From: Mitsuaria sp. CC2
GTDB lineage: Bacteria > Pseudomonadota > Gammaproteobacteria > Burkholderiales > Burkholderiaceae_C
Assembly: GCF_048957715.1 (NCBI RefSeq)
Contig: NZ_JARVXN010000014.1
Location: forward strand, 64,476 to 88,475
Length of the DNA: 24,000 nucleotides
Direction: 5' to 3'
Of this stretch, positions 16,526 to 23,400 are shown piece after piece; position 1 is the first letter of the stretch; each line of letters opens with the position of its first letter. The notes beneath the pieces are model-generated. The model saw only the letters and a list, made by a program, of their open reading frames with translations. It was not told the origin of the DNA and searched no databases. Made by a program: the position numbers and the translations under genes.

Positions 16526-17951
16526 CCCAGCCCTCCTCGTTCTCCCGTCTCGCGCCGGCGCCACCGTTGGCGTCGTCCGCTTCCCCCAGTTCACTGCCAT
16601 CGGCCGCCACCGGCACCCGGACGTCGATCCGCGTGCCGCGCCGGGGCGCCGGCCCGAACTCCATCTCCCCACCTGCGAGCACGGCGCGCTCCCGCATGTT
16701 CCGCAAGCCCGACGCATCCACGCGCACATGGCCGGGTCCGACGCCGTCGTCTTCGATCCGCAACCGGTATTCGCCGTCCTCCAGGCGCGATTCGATGGTC
16801 AATTGCTGCGCCTGCGCATGCCGCAGCACGTTCGTGGCCGCCTCCTGCAGCAGGCGGAACAGCTGGTTGTGCTGCTCCGGCGTCAACGCGTCGTCGGACG
16901 CCAGGTCGACATCGACGATGAGATCGCTCTGCCGCTGCAGGCCCTGCACGTAATGCTGCACCGCGGCACCGAAACCGAAATCGTCCAGCAGCGGCGGCCG
17001 CAGCGTGTTGGCGATGCGGCGGGCGGCGCCGATGACCTCGTCGGCGATGCTCAACATTTCCTCGTGCATCGGCTCCTTGGCCGGCGCGATCTTGCGCGCC
17101 ATGGACAAGGCCAACATCTTGGCCGCGGTACCGAGCTGACCCAACTGATCGTGGACCTCGCGCGCCAGACGGCGCCGTTCCGCCTCGACGCTGCGGTCCA
17201 GTTCCGCAGCGAAGCTCTGGATGCGCTTGAGCGCCTCGGTCAATTCACGCGTGCGTTCGACGACCGCGCCTTCCAGTTGCGCATGGCTGTCCCGCAGGGC
17301 ACGTTCCGCCTGATCGCGGCGCTCGCGCTCCATCCACAGCGCGGCCATCGCCGCCGCCACCATCACGCCGCCGGCCAGCGGCAACACCTGCGCCAGCAGC
17401 GTGGTCTCCTTCGTCTGGATCGCGACGGCCGTTTCGATGCCGTCGATCCGTTGTTGCTGCAAGGACTTCAATCGGCCCAGCTCGCCGCGGATCTCGTCCA
17501 TCAGCTGCTTGCCTGCCACGTAGGCCTGGCGGTCCTTCAGCGCCGATTCGCCTTCTTTCCAGCGCCCCTCGACCTGCCGCTCGACCTGATGGAGGCGTTC
17601 GGCGATGAAGCGGTCCAGGCGCTCGAACGCGATTTCCTGCCGGTCGCCCGATCGTGCGAGCGCTGTCTTGAGTTCCACATAGTGGGCGTCGAGATCGCGC
17701 TGTGCGCGCTCGTACGGCTGCAGGAAGGCCGCGTCGCCGGTGATCAGGAAGCCGCGCGTGCCCGTCTCGAGATCGATCAGCAACGCATTGAGGTCGGAGA
17801 TCAGCCGCTGCGTGCGCAAGGCATGAGCGCGCGCGTTCTCCTGACGCGTCAATTCGCCAAGACTGCGGTACTCGCCGTAGGCGGTGGCTACAAAAGCGAT
17901 GCAGCCGGCCAGCAACAGGCCCGCAGCCACCGGAAAGGTCAGCATGCGCAT
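16506..17951 (-). CDS. Sensor histidine kinase with a periplasmic CHASE3 domain and a HisKA_3 (NarX/UhpB-type) transmitter, 481 aa
   Basis: There are two TM segments (residues about 5-25 and about 185-207). The CHASE3 hallmark LETGTRGFLITGDAAFLQPYERA, the H-box LAREVHDQLGQ and the HATPase region ATNVLRHA...EDDGVG...GLRNMRERA are all present. Confidence 0.88.
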   Translation of the reverse strand: MRMLTFPVAAGLLLAGCIAFVATAYGEYRSLGELTRQENARAHALRTQRLISDLNALLIDLETGTRGFLITGDAAFLQPYERAQRDLDAHYVELKTALARSGDRQEIAFERLDRFIAERLHQVERQVEGRWKEGESALKDRQAYVAGKQLMDEIRGELGRLKSLQQQRIDGIETAVAIQTKETTLLAQVLPLAGGVMVAAAMAALWMERERRDQAERALRDSHAQLEGAVVERTRELTEALKRIQSFAAELDRSVEAERRRLAREVHDQLGQLGTAAKMLALSMARKIAPAKEPMHEEMLSIADEVIGAARRIANTLRPPLLDDFGFGAAVQHYVQGLQRQSDLIVDVDLASDDALTPEQHNQLFRLLQEAATNVLRHAQAQQLTIESRLEDGEYRLRIEDDGVGPGHVRVDASGLRNMRERAVLAGGEMEFGPAPRRGTRIDVRVPVAADGSELGEADDANGGAGARRENEEGWDEISDR

Positions 17952-18248
17952 CGAAGGTCCGGGCTTGCTCGCCCGTGTTGGTACAACCCTGTGGACGACG
18001 GCATCACAGCGATGACATCCGCGCCGACATCCACCCCAGTGCTTCTGTTGCTCGCGACGTCTGGTCGCGCCTCTCTCGGGCCCCGCGTTCTGGGGCTTCG
18101 TGTCGACTCTCTCTGCGGAGACCGTTCACAGGGGTCTAACGCTAGAGGGGTAGCGCAGGAAAAGCAAGTCCCTGCTCACGTGCCGCGTACCGGGAAAGCC
18201 ACGTCTGCCCGTCGGAGACTTCGCGACCCTGGCCGAACCGGGCGGATT

Positions 18249-18283
18249 GCGGGGTCAGGACTTGACTCTCGTCTTGACCCCGC
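18249..18283 (-). terminator. Hairpin immediately downstream of the hydrolase gene (candidate terminator of the GGDEF-hydrolase unit)
   Basis: GCGGGGTCAGGAC-TTGACTCTC-GTCTTGACCCCGC has 13 paired positions with one non-Watson-Crick position, which is C-A in the minus-strand RNA. It starts 20 nt after the stop at 18304-18306. There is no U tract. Confidence 0.4.
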
Positions 18284-18303
18284 GACGCTTGCGCGGGAGC
18301 GTT

Positions 18304-19350
18304 TCAGGGTGGCTGCCATCGCGCGAGCAGCGCGGCATGGCGCCGCTGCCAGTCGCGCAGCGGCGCGTCTTCGCCGTCCAGGACGAGCCGGAGATAGGCC
18401 AGGCTGAGTTCTCGCGTGGCCGCCTTGACCTTCGGATTGAGATCGAGTCCGCCGGTATTCATGCGGTCCGTGAAGATGCTGTGCGAGCCGCCGCTGAACA
18501 TCGCCAGCGCCTTGTGTGGCCCGCCGATGGCGTCGAAGAGCGCAATGCGATCCGCAGGACCGCTGTAATAGCCGGGGATGGTGATCTCATCATCGGTGGC
18601 GCTGATGTGCAGCGTGGGAATCGCCACGCCGGACAGGATGGGCACGGGGTCGCCTTCGCCGTAGAACGGCGGCGCGGAGATCAGGATCGCCGCCTTGAAG
18701 CGCGGCTCGGCCAGCGCCGTCAGCGTGGTGCCGCCAGGCAGTCCCGCCGACGTCGCCACCCTCGCGCCGGCCAGCAGCAGGCTGGTATTGGCGCCGTAGG
18801 AGTGCCCCGCGATGGCGAGTCGCGCCGGATCAAGTCGAGGCGCCAGAGGGCCGGAGAGCAGCCGGTTCAGCGCGAAGCGCACATCCTGCGTGCGGTCGAC
18901 CGCCTCTTCTGGCTGCGCCGCATGCTGCAGCCGCAGGACCAGGTTGAGCGAGTTGGACCAGCCGAATCCGCCTGACCACAGGCGTCGGTCGCTGCCGATG
19001 TGCTGCACATGCATGGCGACGACACCGTGCGCGGCCCAGTAGCTGCCGAGATAGCTGTAGCCGCGACGAGAGCCGCCCATGCCGTGCGAGAACACCACGA
19101 CCGGCCATCCGCCGGAGGGCGCTCCGCCCTGGGGCCAGTAGACACGGACGGGCACCGCGCGCTGGCGCGTGGGATCAATCCAGTCGAAGTCCTGCCACTG
19201 ATGACTGCCGTCATCGGCAAATTGCGCGCCGGGCTGTGCGGGAAGATCGGGGCCGCTCACCGGCGCAGGCGTTGCGCAACCGATCAGCAGCGCCGCGAGC
19301 GCCGCCATCGCCGAGGCGGCGAGCACGGACCAGCGCCACGTCCTGTTCAC
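18304..19350 (-). CDS. Lipoprotein alpha/beta-fold serine hydrolase (PAF-acetylhydrolase / dienelactone-hydrolase-like esterase or lipase), 348 aa
   Basis: The signal peptide carries the lipobox LLIGC. The nucleophile elbow is AIAGHSYGAN (G-H-S-Y-G), the oxyanion region is VVVFSHGMGGSR, and ISATDDE and GGSHSIF are candidate Asp and His. The start is GTG at 19350, 4 nt after the GGDEF gene stop. Confidence 0.75.
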   Translation of the reverse strand: MNRTWRWSVLAASAMAALAALLIGCATPAPVSGPDLPAQPGAQFADDGSHQWQDFDWIDPTRQRAVPVRVYWPQGGAPSGGWPVVVFSHGMGGSRRGYSYLGSYWAAHGVVAMHVQHIGSDRRLWSGGFGWSNSLNLVLRLQHAAQPEEAVDRTQDVRFALNRLLSGPLAPRLDPARLAIAGHSYGANTSLLLAGARVATSAGLPGGTTLTALAEPRFKAAILISAPPFYGEGDPVPILSGVAIPTLHISATDDEITIPGYYSGPADRIALFDAIGGPHKALAMFSGGSHSIFTDRMNTGGLDLNPKVKAATRELSLAYLRLVLDGEDAPLRDWQRRHAALLARWQPP

Positions 19351-19354
19351 GACG

Positions 19355-20413
19355 TCAGAACAGTTCGACGTCGCTCAGGTGCTTGGCCTCGGACATCGCG
19401 CCCTGCGCGACCAGCGTGGCATGGCTCTGCACCTGGTTCCGTCCGGCGCCCTTGGCGTGGTACACCGCCTTGTCGGCGCGCTCGAACGCGGCGGCCGGCG
19501 AATCGCCGGCGCGGATCTGCGTGAAGCCGATGCTGACCGTGATGCGGCCGACCTGCGGGAAGGCGTACTGCGCGGTATTGCTGCGGAAACGCTCGAAGGC
19601 GTGGGCCGCGTCGGGCTCGTCTTCGCAGCGCATCAGCACCACGAACTCCTCGCCGCCGAAACGGTAGAGGAGATCGTTGAAACGGAAGCTGCTGCGCATC
19701 AGGCGCGACAGCAGCAGCAGGACCTCGTCGCCGATCAGATGGCCGAAACGGTCGTTGATCGACTTGAACAGGTCGATGTCGATGACACCCAGCCAGTAGC
19801 GCGGATGCACGACGGCATGACGACGATCCTGACCCGCTTCGTCATGCGCGGCGGCCTCGCTGGGCGCGCGCGTCGGCAGCTCCGACACCGCCTTCAGGAA
19901 GCTCTCGTCGAAGGTCTTGCGGTTGAGCAGACCCGTCAGCGTGTCGCGCTCGCTGTAGTCCAGCAGTCCCTGGAAGTTGTGATAGATCCGCAGCACGCTG
20001 GAGACCATGCGCTGGGCTTCGGCCTTGAGCCGGCGCGCGGTATGCAGTTCCAGCACACCGACGACCTCGCGCTCGGTGGCGAGCGGGAACAGGGTCACCC
20101 ACTCGTCTCCCTCGCGCTGCTGCAGCACACTGCGCTGCGTCAGACACTCGAGTCGGCGGGGTTCTTCGGCAAGTCTCGGCAACCGTTCGGGATCGACCCA
20201 CAGCGAGTCGGCCGTGGCGACCGGGTCCCCGGCGCGCAGACGCGCGCGGGTCAGCCAGCGTTGCTGGCCGGGCTCGCCGACGCAGCGGTAGATCGCCACC
20301 GCGGCCACGGGACCATTGAGCAGGTCACGCAACGCGGTGACGAGCGTGACGTCCATGACATCTCGGTCACGGAAGCCCGTCAGTTCGGCAAGATGGTCGA
20401 CTACCCCGGACAT
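19355..20413 (-). CDS. Diguanylate cyclase: GAF-like N-terminal sensor domain plus an intact GGDEF domain, 352 aa
   Basis: RDTLTGLLNRKTF, IDIDLFKSINDRFGHLIGDEVL and the active-site GGEEF are present. An RxxD I-site (RFND) lies five residues upstream of GGEEF. The N-terminal 150 aa or so, with VVGVLELH...VLRIYHNFQ, looks GAF-like. There is no clear SD before the first ATG, so the start is somewhat uncertain. Confidence 0.85.
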   Translation of the reverse strand: MSGVVDHLAELTGFRDRDVMDVTLVTALRDLLNGPVAAVAIYRCVGEPGQQRWLTRARLRAGDPVATADSLWVDPERLPRLAEEPRRLECLTQRSVLQQREGDEWVTLFPLATEREVVGVLELHTARRLKAEAQRMVSSVLRIYHNFQGLLDYSERDTLTGLLNRKTFDESFLKAVSELPTRAPSEAAAHDEAGQDRRHAVVHPRYWLGVIDIDLFKSINDRFGHLIGDEVLLLLSRLMRSSFRFNDLLYRFGGEEFVVLMRCEDEPDAAHAFERFRSNTAQYAFPQVGRITVSIGFTQIRAGDSPAAAFERADKAVYHAKGAGRNQVQSHATLVAQGAMSEAKHLSDVELF

Positions 20414-20458
20414 GGTGTTTGCAGCGTGGAGGGAGGATCCTGGCGCCGGCTTCCCGAT

Positions 20459-20474
20459 GTCCGGGAAACCGGAC
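20459..20474 (-). terminator. Small hairpin directly after the chpA stop codon (weak terminator candidate)
   Basis: GTCCGG-GAAA-CCGGAC forms a perfect 6-bp stem and tetraloop 1 nt after the TAG at 20476-20478. An overlapping, mutually exclusive hairpin TTCCCG-ATGTC-CGGGAA lies at 20451-20467. There is no U tract. Confidence 0.3.
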
Positions 20475-20475
20475 C

Positions 20476-23400
20476 CTACGCCCTCGCCGGCTGAGCGGCG
20501 GACAGATGTGCAGTGTATCGGGCGATCAGACCCAGCAGGTGCTCTTCGTCATAGGGCTTGCCCAGGTAATCGTTGACTCCGAGCCGTTGTGCATACTCGC
20601 GATGTTTCTGCGCGATCCGCGACGTGATCATGATCACGGGCAGACCCGCCAGACGCGTGTCGGCGCGCAGGTTGCGGACCAGGTCGAAGCCGTCCATGCG
20701 CGGCATCTCGATGTCCGACAGCACGACCGCGGGCAACTCGTCGCCGCCCAGACGTTCCATCGCATCCAGGCCGTCCTTGGCCAGCAGCACACGATAGCCT
20801 TCGCGCTCCAGCAGGCGTTGCGTGACGCGGCGGACGGTCAGAGAGTCGTCGACCACCATCACCAGCGGTGCGAGCTGGACCTTGACTTCCTCGACCACGA
20901 CCTGACGGGCCGCCGCTTCGGCGTCGTGCACGCGCTGCTGCGCGGCATGGCCGTAGCGGTTGGCCAGCGCCACCGGGTTATAGATCAGGGCGACGTCGCC
21001 GGAGGCCAGCAGGCTGATGCCCGCCAGGCCTGGCACCTGCATCAGCTGCGGGCCCAAGTTCTTGATCACGACTTCCTGGTTGCCCAGCACTTCGTCGCAA
21101 TGCAGCGCCAGGCGTTGCTGCGCGCTGTGCACCAGCACCACCGGCAGCGTCTTGCCGTGAGCGAATCCACGATCGCTGTGGCGCATCAGGCCGCCCAGCC
21201 AATAGAACGGCATGCGCTCGCCGGCGGCCATCAGGGAGCCGTCGACATACGCCTGCTCCACCGTCTCCACCGGCAGGCGCTGCACCGACAGCATCAACGC
21301 CGCGGGCACCGCAACCTTGCGATCGCCGTAGCGCAGCACGACGACCTGCGTCAGCGCCGTCGTCAGCGGCACGCGCAGCTCGAAGCTCGCGCCCTGGCCT
21401 GCGGTCGACTGCGTCAGCACGTAGCCGCCCAGTGTGTTGACTTCCGAGCGGACCACGTCCATGCCCACGCCACGGCCGGCCATTTCGGTCAGCGCATCGG
21501 CGGTGGAGAAGCCCGGCTCGTAGATGAGGTCCATCAGCTGTGAATCGCTGATGTCCTGACCCGCCTGGATCAGGCCCTGGCTCTCGCCGCGGGCGCGGAT
21601 GCGCGCCAGGTTCAGGCCGGCACCGTCATCGCTGAAGCGGACCTGGATCTCGTTGCCTTCCTGGTGCAGATTCAACACGATCTTGCCCACCGGGGCCTTG
21701 CCGGCCTGCTGGCGGACGTCCGGCGTCTCGATGCCGTGGACCACGCTGTTGCGCAGCAGATGCTCGAAGGCGCCCGTCAGACGTTCCAGCACCGCGCGAT
21801 CCAGTTCGACGCCGCCACCGCGGATCTCGAGCTGGGCCTGCTTGCCGCTCTCGCGGGAAGCCTGACGCACGACGCGGTGCAGGCGCTCGCCCAGGCTGCT
21901 GTCGAACTCCACCATCCGCGTACGCAGCAGGTCATCCTGCAGTTCGCGCGTCAGCCGGGACTGGCCGGCCAGTTCGTCTTCGCCCGCCGCGACGTTGCGC
22001 TGCAGGCCGCGCTGGACCGTCGCCACGTCGTTGACGGACTCGGCCAGCATCCGCGTCAGTTCCTGGAAGCGGGTGTAGCGGTCGAACTCCAGCGGGTCGA
22101 AGTCCTTGCCGGTGGCCTGCGCGGCTTCCTGTCGGGCGGCGATGCGGGCCTCGGCCTGCAGCTCCAGCTCGCGCAACTGTGTGCGCAGACGCTCAAGGTT
22201 GTCGTCCAGGTCGCCCAGCGACGTGCGCATCTGGCCCAGTTCGGACTCCAGGCGGGCACGACGGATGGAGACTTCGCCCGAAAGCGCGGCCATGCGTTCC
22301 AGCAGCGCGCCACGGACGCGCACCTGCGCGGCCGGCGCGACCGGCGCGCTTTCCAGCGGCTGACCCATGTCAGCCACTTCGCTGAAGTGGGCCCAGTCGA
22401 TGTCGATGTCGGCCAGAGGCGCGGAAACCGGCGCCGCCACGGGCGCAGGCGCCTCGACGACCGGCTCGACGATCTCGGCAGCCGGCTCGACGGCGGTCGG
22501 CTCGATCACTGGTTCGGCGATCGGTGCCTCAACCTCAAGCACAGGCGCGACCGGCTCCACGACCTCGACCGGCTCGACGATCTCTTCGATCGGGGCCTCG
22601 GCCTCAACCGGCGTTTCAACGGCCGGGGCCGCGATCGCGTCGGAGCCCTCGGCAGGCGATTCAATCGCTTCCACCGCCTCGGTGGCCGGAATCGGAGCAG
22701 GCTGTTCGGCGATCGGCGCGACCGGCGCCATCGGCGCGGGCACCACCGGCGCCGGATTGCGCCAGGTGCGCTGCAGCGTCTTGAAGGAGTGCTCCAGGCT
22801 GTCGCCGGCGTCCTGCAGCGCGAGCAGCTGCTCGAAGCGCGGCTCGCCCTCGGCCACCAGATGCTCGACCTGCGATTCCAGACGGTGAGCCTCTTCACCC
22901 AGGCGCATGGCACCGGACAGGCGCGCACCACCCTTGAAGGTGTGCAGCACACGCATGCAGGCCGCGGCACGGCTGGAATCCGCCGGTTGGGCGGCCCACT
23001 CGCGCAGGGCACCGTGCAACTGGCCCAGCAGATCCTCGGCTTCCTCCTCGAAGATCGGCATCAGTTCCGGCTCGATCTGGTCGGGCTGGTTGAAGTCGAA
23101 GTCGTCGTCGGTCGCCTCGGCGGCCTGATGGAAGGCTTCCTGCGAGGTCGGGAAATCGGGCTCGGCCGCTGCGACCGGCGGCACCGGAACGCTGAGCAGG
23201 CTGGCCGGCAACGAGGCCGTGGACACTTCCTCCAGCGACATGGCCAGCAGGCCCTCGTCGCTGTCGGCATGGCCGTCAGGCAGCGGCGCCCCGGGTTCGA
23301 AGGCCTGCAGTTCGGCCAGCAGCGCCGGATCGGCTTCCTTCAGGAAACCGGCGGCGAATTGATGAAGCAGGCGGCGGATCTCGTCGGAGGCGCGCTGGAA

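Noticed and set aside
18147-18158. GGGGTAGCGCAG, which resembles the acceptor stem and D-arm start of a tRNA. This raised the idea of a tRNA gene or an integration-site remnant at the edge of the accessory block.
   Set aside because: Only about 12 nt match. I could find no D-loop closure, anticodon arm, T-arm (GTTCGAATC-like) or acceptor 3' strand downstream. Integrative elements duplicate the tRNA 3' end, not the 5' end. The match is most likely chance.
18186-18201. Sigma-54-like element on the minus strand (TGGCTT-TCCCG-GTACG) upstream of the kinase operon.
   Set aside because: The -24 GG is present, but the -12 position reads TAC rather than the essential TGC. No enhancer-binding-protein gene is nearby. 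The support is too weak to call.
16476-18407. 643-aa plus-strand ORF spanning the kinase gene and the long intergenic region. Similar plus-strand ORFs occur at 15908-16921, 19379-20494 and 20419-21543.
   Set aside because: They lie antisense to well-supported minus-strand genes (kinase, regulator, GGDEF, chpA). They show no recognisable motifs and have an Arg/Gln/His/Asp-rich composition. They are GC-driven open frames.
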